Origin: Flavobacteriales bacterium
GTDB lineage: Bacteria; Bacteroidota; Bacteroidia; UBA10329
Direction of reading: 5' to 3'
NCBI GenBank assembly: GCA_021739625.1
Contig: JAIPBJ010000004.1
Span: 1,335-65,334, forward strand
Length of the DNA stretch: 64,000 bases
Positions 39,121 to 48,619 of this stretch are shown piece after piece. Position numbers and translations under genes: made by a program. A model generated the notes under the pieces. It had not been told where the DNA came from. It saw only the letters and a list, made by a program, of their open reading frames with translations, and made no database searches. How positions within the stretch are numbered: position 1 is the first letter of the stretch; each line of letters starts with the position of its first letter.

Positions 39121-40580
39121 GGTGTCCTCTTCCTTTTGGACTGCACCCACATATCGAATCGGATCACCTCGGCCCCTTCCGGACTCCACTCATAACCTTC
39201 AGCCTCGGCAAGTGACAGTTTCAGACCCTCCTCGGCCTTTTTGCCCAGATTGTCAAACGCCAATCCCTTGCGCAGAATGGCACTCAGCATCTCGATGGCC
39301 GCCTTCACCCTTGGGGTGCCCAGTTTGCGATAACGGGCAATGAATTTTCGCAGGGTCTGCAATTTGAAGTCGATCCACTCCTCGTCCCGCTGTTCCACCA
39401 TCGCCATCATCTCCAAGATTCGGAACCACACGTTCCATTCGTCCTGCTGTTTGATGAGATACCCATCCTGATTCAGAATGTGGAATGCACCGTCCGCATC
39501 CCCTGTATTCAGCAGGGCACATGCCTGCAAGTAGTACCAGCGTGGCAGGGTGACAGGTCTGGCCTTGATGCGCTGATGGGCCAGAGCCTCTTCAACCGTG
39601 CGAAGAGATGCAGCAAAGTCGCCCATGCCCAGTTGGGAACGGAAGAGCATCTCCATGTTGGCGAGACGGTTATTGCCCGCAACTGGAAAGTTCTTGTCTG
39701 CTTTTTCGAAATGGACTGCCGCATTGGCATAATCCCGAGTATGGAGATAGGCTGACCCAAGCATCTGGTTTGCCCCAGCCATGTTGTTCTTGGACCAGAT
39801 GGAGGGGTTATTGCCTACCAGTTCAATAAAGGCTTTTCCAGCTTTGATCGAGTCGGTGTAAAGATGATTTCGATTCGCGTATTCGATGTACGCGAGGTAG
39901 TACCAGAACCCGACACGGGCCGAACCACTGTTGTTGTAAAGCGTTTTGAGCTCTTCGATACGCTCCGTCCTCAATATTCCGTCAGAGATCTCTTCAGTTT
40001 CTTTATACAGATGGGGAAGGGTCAGGGCTAATGATATTTCTTCAGACCTAAGGATGCCTGCCCATATGCCCATATTCTTGTTGATGGCATCATTGAGTTC
40101 ATGCAGCTGCCTAACATCTGTAATCAGATGCACCATCTCCCTGACCAATTGATCAATCAGAATATGCTCCGCTACGAGTTCATATTTTATGGCCTGTGCC
40201 TTGGCAGCCTTCAGGATTTCAACACCCTCTTTGAATGCTCCTCGAGGAATAAGCACGTACGCCTGCGCAAGTTTCTTTCTGCATTCGAAAGCAGCTACCC
40301 GATTGGGCTGCGGGATGCGTTTGGCCGATTCCTGAAGTAATAGGATGTTCAACATGTCATCTCTAAGGCGCGTCTTCAAATGACTGAACGCGGAACTACC
40401 ATGAGTCCTGCCAAGGGCTATCTGTGCATCTTCATTGGATTGCACTTTTCCAGCGTCAACAAGATTGAATAACTCCAATCTGAGGCGATCCTCTCCATTT
40501 GTTGTGGCAGAATACAGGTGGCGCAACAGTCTTTTTTCGCCCTTGCGGAGGATTTTCACAATACCGATCAGTCGTTCCAT
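39102..40580 (-). CDS. ~490-aa helical-repeat (TPR-like) hypothetical protein
   Basis: LIGIVKILRKGEKR N-terminus; TPR-like LGSAYLHTRDYANAAVHFEKA; paralog of 30647-32146. Confidence 0.85.
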   Translation of the reverse strand: MERLIGIVKILRKGEKRLLRHLYSATTNGEDRLRLELFNLVDAGKVQSNEDAQIALGRTHGSSAFSHLKTRLRDDMLNILLLQESAKRIPQPNRVAAFECRKKLAQAYVLIPRGAFKEGVEILKAAKAQAIKYELVAEHILIDQLVREMVHLITDVRQLHELNDAINKNMGIWAGILRSEEISLALTLPHLYKETEEISDGILRTERIEELKTLYNNSGSARVGFWYYLAYIEYANRNHLYTDSIKAGKAFIELVGNNPSIWSKNNMAGANQMLGSAYLHTRDYANAAVHFEKADKNFPVAGNNRLANMEMLFRSQLGMGDFAASLRTVEEALAHQRIKARPVTLPRWYYLQACALLNTGDADGAFHILNQDGYLIKQQDEWNVWFRILEMMAMVEQRDEEWIDFKLQTLRKFIARYRKLGTPRVKAAIEMLSAILRKGLAFDNLGKKAEEGLKLSLAEAEGYEWSPEGAEVIRFDMWVQSKRKRTPQESGE

Positions 40581-40742
40581 AGTGCTGGCCGAAGGCGTTT
40601 ATCGACAAATATCGGCCCTTTATATGGCCGAAAATAACCCTGCGACCATAGTTTTGAACACTTCATCGAAAATAAATGAAAATTATTGTCATTGATAATC
40701 AATTAGATACGAATAAAATGAGTAAAACTCGGGACGCAACGG

Positions 40743-40772
40743 TTGCGGATTCGAATCAATCCTATACATTTG
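40743..40772 (+). promoter_or_regulatory. Bacteroidota housekeeping-sigma promoter for the small peptide gene
   Basis: TTG (40743-40745), 19-bp spacer, TACATTTG (40765-40772) matching TAnnTTTG. Confidence 0.7.
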
Positions 40773-40856
40773 GGGCGTCCATCGGTTGAATAGGAACATT
40801 CATCGAGGGATTGGAACAATTCATCGAAACTAAGAACCCATAAAAAACTAAGAGTC

Positions 40857-41015
40857 ATGGAACTTTTGCTCGCTTTCCTCATTGCATTCGGAGTAGTATC
40901 TTCTGGCGACCGCGCCACTGCGTCTTTGACCCAGTCTCAGGCCGAGGATCTCGTGAAGCAGAACAATCTTGAAAAGGACTTTATCATCTTCGGTCAGGAG
41001 GCTGATGATTTCTGA
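40857..41015 (+). CDS. 52-aa putative secreted propeptide
   Basis: MELLLAFLIAFGVVSSGDRATASLTQSQAEDLVKQNNLEKDFIIFGQEADDF; below the ORF-track cutoff; promoter and A-rich leader upstream. Confidence 0.75.
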   Translation: MELLLAFLIAFGVVSSGDRATASLTQSQAEDLVKQNNLEKDFIIFGQEADDF

Positions 41016-41024
41016 TAAATCTGC

Positions 41025-41231
41025 CCGACTTGCAGTCCCTTTGGTGGGGGTTGACTGAGTCGGACAAACATAGGGATACTGCCATTTCAGGCGGTCATTC
41101 CGATTTGAAATAGGAAAGTTCACTTTCCGTTGACTGTGCGGAGTGCTCCGCTGAGTCAATAATTCGTGCGCCAGCACGGCCGAACAGGTTGTAAATCACC
41201 TGATTGGTCGTGTATTGGCGTTTTTTTGTTT
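41025..41231 (+). ncRNA. Putative structured RNA / 3' UTR ending in an intrinsic terminator
   Basis: Five consecutive hairpins, the last followed by tttttttgttt. Confidence 0.5.
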
Positions 41232-41334
41232 GTCACATTCAGGCTTCGATTTCCTTGTAGGGCGGTTTTCACCCCTCTACTTTTGGTGCATCAAATCGAT
41301 AATCACTCAACCGCAACACCAAAAATCAAAGGCC

Positions 41335-41697
41335 ATGAACGCACTTCGCCTCCCATCGAACGATCAGGAAAGGATGCAGCTTCTCAATCGCATCTATGCA
41401 AAAGGTCTTAGCACCCCAAAGAATGAATTGGCCTTTTCGCCCGAATTGCTGACCTATCTCAGGCCGTTCATCGCAAAGCTGCGCGATGAGGCGACAAATG
41501 AAGATGGTTCGGCTGCTAACCTTGGTCTGGTAAGACGGGTGGTGGATGAGCTTATAGGTGACATCTGCACCGAGGTGGAGGCCGCATGTCTTCGGATGGG
41601 TGGAAAAAGAGGCGAGCACTTGGCCGCTGACTATGGTCTTCAGTTCATCTTCAACCCGTTCGAGGCAGAGTATTTCCGCACACTGAAAGTAGCTTGA
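41335..41697 (+). CDS. Hypothetical protein
   Basis: MNALRLPSNDQERMQLL...ELAFSPELL; A-rich leader before ATG 41335. Confidence 0.7.
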   Translation: MNALRLPSNDQERMQLLNRIYAKGLSTPKNELAFSPELLTYLRPFIAKLRDEATNEDGSAANLGLVRRVVDELIGDICTEVEAACLRMGGKRGEHLAADYGLQFIFNPFEAEYFRTLKVA

Positions 41698-41734
41698 AAG
41701 TCAGTAGCCCATTCACCATCAAACCGGAAAGGTC

Positions 41735-42013
41735 ATGTGTCCATCAGATGTTTACAATATGCCTGTGATGCCCGGTCAATCATTCGGCCCTGAGGCTGAG
41801 GTGTTCCGTGCAACCGATTGCTATCCGTGCAGCATCATGCTCAAGGAAAAACAACATATTCAGGATGTCCGCATTCAGGTGAAGACCGACCGCAGTGAAT
41901 GGAAGGATTATGAGGAGGGCGACCTCATCATAGGCAGATCGGTACTATGCCGCATGTCAGCCGATGGTATCGGAGGCCCCACTCATTTGAAGATCGAGGT
42001 ATTCCATACTTGA
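41735..42013 (+). CDS. Hypothetical protein
   Basis: 92-aa ORF filling the gap co-directionally, stops next to the crcB stop. Confidence 0.5.
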   Translation: MCPSDVYNMPVMPGQSFGPEAEVFRATDCYPCSIMLKEKQHIQDVRIQVKTDRSEWKDYEEGDLIIGRSVLCRMSADGIGGPTHLKIEVFHT

Positions 42014-42017
42014 TAGG

Positions 42018-42374
42018 TCATCTGCTCGCTCGATAGGCGATAGCAAGGCACACGCCCAGACTCAGCATGACATTGACAGCGGCAACCCAAGGGTTGCCGT
42101 TCTTTATTAAATGGACAGTTTCGAAACTGAAAGTGGAGAATGTGCTGAATCCACCGCAGAAACCGATGATCAGCAGTGGCCTTGCCCATCGAGGCGCATT
42201 GTTGTCGGCCATCAGCAGCATGAGTACTGCCAGCAATATCAAACAGCTCAGCGTGTTGCTGATGAATGTCGCAATAGGATAGCTGCCCGAGTAGTGCTTT
42301 GCCACAAGAGATGCCACCGCATAGCGGGCCATGCATCCCATTCCGCCACCAATGAAAACCAACAGATACGTCAT
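42018..42374 (-). CDS. crcB: Fluoride channel Fluc/CrcB
   Basis: GGGMGCMARY, GFCGGFSTFSTF. Confidence 0.95.
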   Translation of the reverse strand: MTYLLVFIGGGMGCMARYAVASLVAKHYSGSYPIATFISNTLSCLILLAVLMLLMADNNAPRWARPLLIIGFCGGFSTFSTFSFETVHLIKNGNPWVAAVNVMLSLGVCLAIAYRASR

Positions 42375-42946
42375 CCTTTAAGTCTGATCAATCGGAGGCA
42401 CAGTCGGCCCATTGCAAGTCCCAAGGTGATTCCGAAAAGTGCTCCGATGATCACGTCCAATGGATAGTGCACGCCAAGCCAGATACGGCTCATGCCTACC
42501 GCGGTGGCCCAAAGAAACAAAAGCAGTGGCCAATGCAAATTGCGATGGTTGAGAAGTGTGACCAGAAGGGCAGACAGGCCGAACACGTTGGCAGCGTGGG
42601 ATGAGATGAATCCGTACATGCCGCCACAACTTGATTTCACAAGCCTCACCTGTTCCATTATCGATGGGTCATGACATGGCCGCAACCGCTGAAACACGTT
42701 CTTGAACAGATGGACCGAACCCTGATCTGTACATGTCAAGAGCAGTATGGTTCCTAAGGTTATCAACAGGAAAGACCGGAATCCGAATTCCTTCCATAGG
42801 ATGAAGGCAAGGAAAGCGTACAGCGGAATGGCGGACCATTTGCTGCTCAGCAGCAGCATGACAGGGTCTATGAAAGGTAGGGACTCACCCCATCCATTCA
42901 CAAGGAGGAACAGTTTGCGGTCGATCTGAAGGGGCCAATCGAGCAA
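42371..42946 (-). CDS. PAP2-family phosphatase
   Basis: K...RLRP, SSHA, SRIWLGVHYPLD. Confidence 0.92.
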   Translation of the reverse strand: MLDWPLQIDRKLFLLVNGWGESLPFIDPVMLLLSSKWSAIPLYAFLAFILWKEFGFRSFLLITLGTILLLTCTDQGSVHLFKNVFQRLRPCHDPSIMEQVRLVKSSCGGMYGFISSHAANVFGLSALLVTLLNHRNLHWPLLLFLWATAVGMSRIWLGVHYPLDVIIGALFGITLGLAMGRLCLRLIRLKG

Positions 42947-42967
42947 AAGAGAGTTTATTGTTGTAAA

Positions 42968-43861
42968 TCAGTGGACGATGATGCGCCTGACCATCACGCT
43001 TTCACGACCTTGAACCCTGAGCAGGTGAAGTCCCGGGACAAGACAGCTGAGGTCGAGTGTGGTTCGGTCGCCAGATATCCCCTGGTGCATCTCAAGCTGT
43101 CCATTGACTCCATGAATAGTCACGATCCATTGGTCGGTATATGGAAAATGTACACTCAATGGCCCGTCTGTTGGATTGGGCCACACTGCCATTTCGGTTG
43201 TGAGGTCTTCAATTCCCGCAGGGTCATTCACATCCACCAAGGCGAAAATGGCAAGATCCACATCCAACCCCCACGAGAATGCACTTACCACGGTCAGCCA
43301 ATCACCAGCAGCATCCTGTTCCCATGCCTCCTGACGTTCACCTCCATCGCCATCTGTTGTGCTCAGCAAAGCAACAGTGTCACCGGCCGCAATCATCGTA
43401 AGGTCAATTCCGATAGAGAAACGATCGATAAGCACGAGATTGGAATCGCTGAGGTCAACTTCGAACAGACTTCCATCAATTGGAAGGTCAGACACCGGAA
43501 TATCCTTGACAGCAAGTATGCTGTCAGGTGCCAGACCGTCAACATATCCGAAGAGTCCAAGACCCCGTCCGTTGTTGGCATAGACTGAGATTCTGATCTT
43601 TGACTGAGGATTGGCCGAGGTGGTTGTTACTGCCCCGAACCGTATCAAGGCCCCGCGAAGCACCGAAGACTCGGAATGCGAAAAGCTCTGAGCCTTCACT
43701 TGGTCTCCATAACCATTGTTGCCAAAGGCATAACCACCATTTGGGGATGTGTAAAGTAAAGGAGTTCCTTCATGGAAACGTTGCCATCCGAGTGTGTCGG
43801 TGACCTGAGCCGAAGCCGTGAGTGCGAATGGCATCAATAAGGCAAATACAAGTCTGAGCAT
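42968..43861 (-). CDS. Secreted protein with T9SS type A C-terminal domain
   Basis: Signal peptide; VWPNPT...PGLHLLRV tail. Confidence 0.85.
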   Translation of the reverse strand: MLRLVFALLMPFALTASAQVTDTLGWQRFHEGTPLLYTSPNGGYAFGNNGYGDQVKAQSFSHSESSVLRGALIRFGAVTTTSANPQSKIRISVYANNGRGLGLFGYVDGLAPDSILAVKDIPVSDLPIDGSLFEVDLSDSNLVLIDRFSIGIDLTMIAAGDTVALLSTTDGDGGERQEAWEQDAAGDWLTVVSAFSWGLDVDLAIFALVDVNDPAGIEDLTTEMAVWPNPTDGPLSVHFPYTDQWIVTIHGVNGQLEMHQGISGDRTTLDLSCLVPGLHLLRVQGRESVMVRRIIVH

Positions 43862-44129
43862 GGGGCAAAGGTAAACGAGTGGAAGGAAGATGATGTGGTT
43901 CCTTTGAGCAACTGAAAACGGCTCTTCAAGGCCCGGTCGTCATTCCTGCAGGGGCATTTCCAATTGTGGGAAACAGGTTGGTTGCAGCTAAGAAATGGGC
44001 CGTGATCAGCGGAATCGTCCCATCTAAAACCCGTACTTTCGCGCCCTTGTTCAAATGGCCGTCAGAATGCTCCAGCGCGGGCTTCAGAAGCCAGTTGGCA
44101 TAGCCATTCAAACGCATTTCCCCTACAAT

Positions 44130-47100
44130 ATGGTAGAGTTCATCAATAGCCTGATGCGCAAGTTCTTCGGGTCAAAGGCCGACAAGGATATTCAGGAGGC
44201 ACAACCGTATGTTGTGCAGATCAATGAGTTTTTCGAGCAATATAGGTTGCTTACAAATGACCAGCTGCGAGCCAAAACGGTCGAACTGAAGCAGCGTATA
44301 GCAGATGCACTGAAGGCTGAGTATGATGAGATTGACCGATTTAAGGAAGAGGCTGAGGCGGTTGGTACATCGGTGGAGCAGAAAGAGGCACTCTACGAGC
44401 GTATCGACACCATCGAGAAAACGGTCACCGAGAAGATAGAGGAGGTGCTCAAAGGTCTATTGGCCGAGGCTTATGCTGTGGTGAAAGAGACCGCAAAACG
44501 CTTCACTGAAAATGATTCGCTTGAAGTGACCGCCACAGAAAAGGACCGTGAGCTGGCGGTGATATGGGATCACATCAGCATTGTGGGCAACAATGCCGTG
44601 TATCAGACCAAATGGAGTGCGGGCGGCACAGAGGTGAATTGGGACATGGTGCACTATGATGTGCAGCTCATAGGAGGCTATTTCCTGCACAAGGGCACCA
44701 TTGCCGAGATGGCCACCGGTGAGGGAAAGACACTGGTGGCGACCTTGCCGGTCTATCTCAATGCCCTGCCTGGTCGCGGTGTCCATGTGGTAACGGTGAA
44801 CGATTATCTCGCTAAACGGGACAGTGAGTGGATGGGCCCGCTCTATCAGTTCCATGGCATGGATGTGGATTGCATTGATAAGCATCGGCCCAACAGCGAG
44901 GAGAGAAGAAGTGCTTACCGTGCTGACATCACTTTCGGCACCAACAACGAGTTCGGTTTCGACTATCTGCGCGACAACATGGCACATAGTCCTGAAGATC
45001 TGGTGCAGCGTAAGCACAATTTCGCCATTGTGGATGAGGTGGACAGTGTGTTCATAGACGATGCCCGTACCCCGCTCATCATCTCCGGGCCAGTTCCGCA
45101 AGGTGACCAGCACGAATTTCAGGAGTTGAAACCCAAGGTGGAACAACTGCTCCGTGTGCAGCGCGATTATATTACCCACACGCTGGCCGAGGCGAAGAAA
45201 TTTATTGCTGAGAAGAACGAGAAGGAAGGAGGGATGGCGTTGCTGCGCTGCTATCGCGGCCTGCCCAAGAACAAGCCGCTCATCAAGTATCTGAGCGAGC
45301 CGGGCGTGAAGCAGATTCTCCAGAAAACGGAGAACTACTATATGCAGGATCAGAACAAGGAGATGCACAAGGTGGATGCAGAGCTATTCTTCGTCATTGA
45401 TGAGAAGCACAACACCATTGAGCTGACCGAGAAGGGGCTGGAGCTCATTACCCGCAACATGGAGGACGATCAGTTCTTCGTGCTCACCGATGTGGGATCG
45501 GAAATGGCCATCATTGAGAATTCAGGACTTTCTGCCGAAGAGAAGGCGAAGAAGAAGGACGTGGTGATGAGGGATTTCGCCATCAAGAGCCAGCGCGTTC
45601 ACAGCATGAACCAGTTGTTCAAGGCCTATACCCTGTTTGAGAAGGATGTGGAGTATGTGGTGATGGACAACAAGGTCAAGATTGTGGATGAGCAGACTGG
45701 ACGGGTCATGGACGGTCGCAGATATTCTGATGGACTGCATCAGGCCATTGAGGCCAAAGAGAATCTCAAGGTGGAGGCCAGCACACAGACATGGGCCACG
45801 GTAACGCTTCAGAACTACTTCCGTCTTTACAAGAAGCTTGCGGGCATGACCGGCACGGCTGAGACCGAGGCCAAAGAACTGTGGGACATCTACAAACTGG
45901 ACGTGGTGGTCATCCCTACCAACCGTCCCATTACCCGCGATGACCGTGAGGATCTGGTGTATAAGACCACCCGCGAGAAGTACAATGCGGTCATTGATGA
46001 GATTGTGAACCTCACTCAAAATGGTCGGCCGGTCCTCGTGGGCACCACTTCTGTTGAAATATCCGAACTGCTGAGCAGAATGCTCAAACTGCGGAAGATC
46101 GAGCATCAGGTCCTCAATGCCAAGCTGCATGCCAGAGAGGCCGACATTGTGGCCGAAGCAGGCCGCCCCGGGGCGGTGACCATCGCCACCAACATGGCGG
46201 GCCGTGGTACAGACATAAAGCTGCGCGAGGGAGTGAAAGAGGCCGGAGGTCTGGCCATCATCGGCACCGAAAGGCACGAGAGCCGAAGGGTGGACCGCCA
46301 GCTGCGTGGCCGTGCGGGCCGTCAGGGCGACCCTGGTTCATCGCAGTTCTACGTGTCATTGGAAGACAACCTCATGCGCCTGTTCGGTTCAGACCGCATC
46401 GCCAAACTCATGGACCGTATGGGATATGAGGAGGGTGAGGTGATTCAGCACGGAATGGTGACCAAGAGCATCGAGCGCGCTCAGAAAAAGGTAGAGGAGA
46501 ACAACTTCGGGGTGCGGAAACGACTGTTGGAGTATGATGATGTGATGAACTCCCAGCGGGAGGTCATCTACAAGCGCAGATATCACGCGCTGATAGGTGA
46601 ACGCCTGTCGGTAGATGTGCTGAACATGATCCATGACACTACCACATCATTGGTGGATGAGGGAATTTCATCCAAAGATTTTGAGAATTTCAAACTCAAT
46701 ATGATCATGACTTTCGGTACCGATCCGGAGCTGGAAGAGCAGGAATTCCACAATGGCCGTCCTGATGCGATTACGGATCGATTGGTATCGCAGCTCATTG
46801 AGCGTTATGAACGCAAGAAGGCCAGTGTGGCCGAACGTGCATTTCCTGTCATCGCTAACGTGTTTGAGACTCAGGGTGAGAAATTCACCAACATCGTCAT
46901 CCCTTTCACGGACGGAATCAAGAGTCTCAATGTGGTCGTCAATCTCAAGAACACCTATGAGAAACGGGGCACCGACCTGCCTCTGGAGTTCGAGAAGAAC
47001 ATCGTGCTTGCCATAATTGACCAGCAGTGGAAGGACCATTTGCGCGAAATGGATGAGCTGAAGACCTCGGTGCAGAACGCCAGTTATGAGCAGAAAGACC

Positions 47101-47447
47101 CGCTCCTCATCTACAAGTTCGAGTCTTATGAGCTGTTCAAGCTGATGCTTGACCGCATGAACCGTGAGGCCATCTCCTTCCTTTTCCGAGGCGACCTGCC
47201 CAATGCGGAGAACACTCAGGTGCGGCAGGCACCACAGCAACAGCAACAGCGCGTGGTGGCATCCAAGGCGGAGTTGCCAGGCAATGTCAGTTCATCTGCA
47301 CCAACGCAAGGACAGCCTCAGGGACGGCCGATGCCGCCTCCACCAGTAGAAAAACCACAGCCCGTGCATGTGGGTGAGAAGATTGAACGCAACGCTCCTT
47401 GTCCATGCGGCAGCGGCAAGAAATACAAGCAATGTCACGGGAAGTGA
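44130..47447 (+). CDS. secA: Preprotein translocase subunit SecA
   Basis: [37 protein letters not shown]; start ATG 44130. Confidence 0.98.
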   Translation: MVEFINSLMRKFFGSKADKDIQEAQPYVVQINEFFEQYRLLTNDQLRAKTVELKQRIADALKAEYDEIDRFKEEAEAVGTSVEQKEALYERIDTIEKTVTEKIEEVLKGLLAEAYAVVKETAKRFTENDSLEVTATEKDRELAVIWDHISIVGNNAVYQTKWSAGGTEVNWDMVHYDVQLIGGYFLHKGTIAEMATGEGKTLVATLPVYLNALPGRGVHVVTVNDYLAKRDSEWMGPLYQFHGMDVDCIDKHRPNSEERRSAYRADITFGTNNEFGFDYLRDNMAHSPEDLVQRKHNFAIVDEVDSVFIDDARTPLIISGPVPQGDQHEFQELKPKVEQLLRVQRDYITHTLAEAKKFIAEKNEKEGGMALLRCYRGLPKNKPLIKYLSEPGVKQILQKTENYYMQDQNKEMHKVDAELFFVIDEKHNTIELTEKGLELITRNMEDDQFFVLTDVGSEMAIIENSGLSAEEKAKKKDVVMRDFAIKSQRVHSMNQLFKAYTLFEKDVEYVVMDNKVKIVDEQTGRVMDGRRYSDGLHQAIEAKENLKVEASTQTWATVTLQNYFRLYKKLAGMTGTAETEAKELWDIYKLDVVVIPTNRPITRDDREDLVYKTTREKYNAVIDEIVNLTQNGRPVLVGTTSVEISELLSRMLKLRKIEHQVLNAKLHAREADIVAEAGRPGAVTIATNMAGRGTDIKLREGVKEAGGLAIIGTERHESRRVDRQLRGRAGRQGDPGSSQFYVSLEDNLMRLFGSDRIAKLMDRMGYEEGEVIQHGMVTKSIERAQKKVEENNFGVRKRLLEYDDVMNSQREVIYKRRYHALIGERLSVDVLNMIHDTTTSLVDEGISSKDFENFKLNMIMTFGTDPELEEQEFHNGRPDAITDRLVSQLIERYERKKASVAERAFPVIANVFETQGEKFTNIVIPFTDGIKSLNVVVNLKNTYEKRGTDLPLEFEKNIVLAIIDQQWKDHLREMDELKTSVQNASYEQKDPLLIYKFESYELFKLMLDRMNREAISFLFRGDLPNAENTQVRQAPQQQQQRVVASKAELPGNVSSSAPTQGQPQGRPMPPPPVEKPQPVHVGEKIERNAPCPCGSGKKYKQCHGK

Positions 47448-47548
47448 CATTTCGGTTCACTGTGCAAGGAACCAGGGCGATTTCTACAAGATGTGCGCTC
47501 CTGTGCCATGGTCACGATGCAATTCTTCGGTGACCCACCGTTAGCAGT

Positions 47549-48445
47549 TTACTGAACAATGGCCTTGAGGCCTCTCACGCCCATGTCCACAGGCACGTCA
47601 CCATCCAGTGGGTCATACTGGCCGTTTCCATCGGGGTCGCTCCATTCAAAGCTGTTGTTGGTAGAGATGCTGATCAGAACCTCAATGTTCTCGGTCTCGT
47701 TGCCAGTGATCTGCAACGGAATTTCAAAACTTCCAGTGACAAGACAGCTCCCGGCCGGAATGGGACTTGTGGAGGCAAGCGGGTTGGGCACCGTGATGAA
47801 ACCCTCAGGCACCTGACCCTCGGTCACGGAAACATAATCCTGGCCCAACACATTGACAACCGTCTCAAAACCCCAATAGCCCTGCAATCTGTTGCCATTC
47901 ACAGCTACAGACTCATTGCCGATGTTGTAGGTTGTGAGATAGTTGTTGAATCCGATGAAGGAGGCCAGTGTACCCGTCAATTGGTTGAATCCTTGAGCGT
48001 TGAACAGGATGTTGTAGTTCTGATAGCTTAGAGAGATGCGGATGTATGGATAGCTGTTGGCTGCAATGGAACTGAGTGGGACCGAGAGGAAGATCTCGTG
48101 CTCGCCAACAATCACCGCCTGACTGAAATCTATGGCATTGCCGCCTCCGGCAGTTGTCTCAGGTGCCCTGTAAAGCAGTTGTCCATCGCCCAATTGCGTG
48201 ATGGCGTTTGGAATGAGTTCCACATAATGTGCAGATATCTTGTTGAAATCGGGCGATTGCGCTGCATTGCCCTGCGGAACAATGACCGGCTGCCCGAAGT
48301 TATCCAATCGCTCCTGCTGGCTGTCGAACTTGAAACGGAACACGAGCTGGGGTTCCTGAGGTGTATTGTCCGTGTCTGTGTCACAGCTTATCTGTGCACA
48401 GATGACAAGGCCCAGAAGGGCGAAAAGAGGAAATCGTGTGGGCAT
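47549..48445 (-). CDS. Hypothetical lipoprotein
   Basis: Lipoprotein-type signal (QISC); long ORF with plausible globular sequence. Confidence 0.8.
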   Translation of the reverse strand: MPTRFPLFALLGLVICAQISCDTDTDNTPQEPQLVFRFKFDSQQERLDNFGQPVIVPQGNAAQSPDFNKISAHYVELIPNAITQLGDGQLLYRAPETTAGGGNAIDFSQAVIVGEHEIFLSVPLSSIAANSYPYIRISLSYQNYNILFNAQGFNQLTGTLASFIGFNNYLTTYNIGNESVAVNGNRLQGYWGFETVVNVLGQDYVSVTEGQVPEGFITVPNPLASTSPIPAGSCLVTGSFEIPLQITGNETENIEVLISISTNNSFEWSDPDGNGQYDPLDGDVPVDMGVRGLKAIVQ

Positions 48446-48619
48446 GATTCGGGGGTTTGGGGGATTAGATGATATTTTTTTCGATTCAAATCACTTGAAT
48501 CAATGTCAAGGATGAGCACTCTCAAATAGGTATGAACAGCATTGACACTACCTGCTTATGGCCTGAAGCCAAGGCGCTGAATGCTTAGTAGCAGATTTGG
48601 ACGCACCGGAGGCGCAGGA

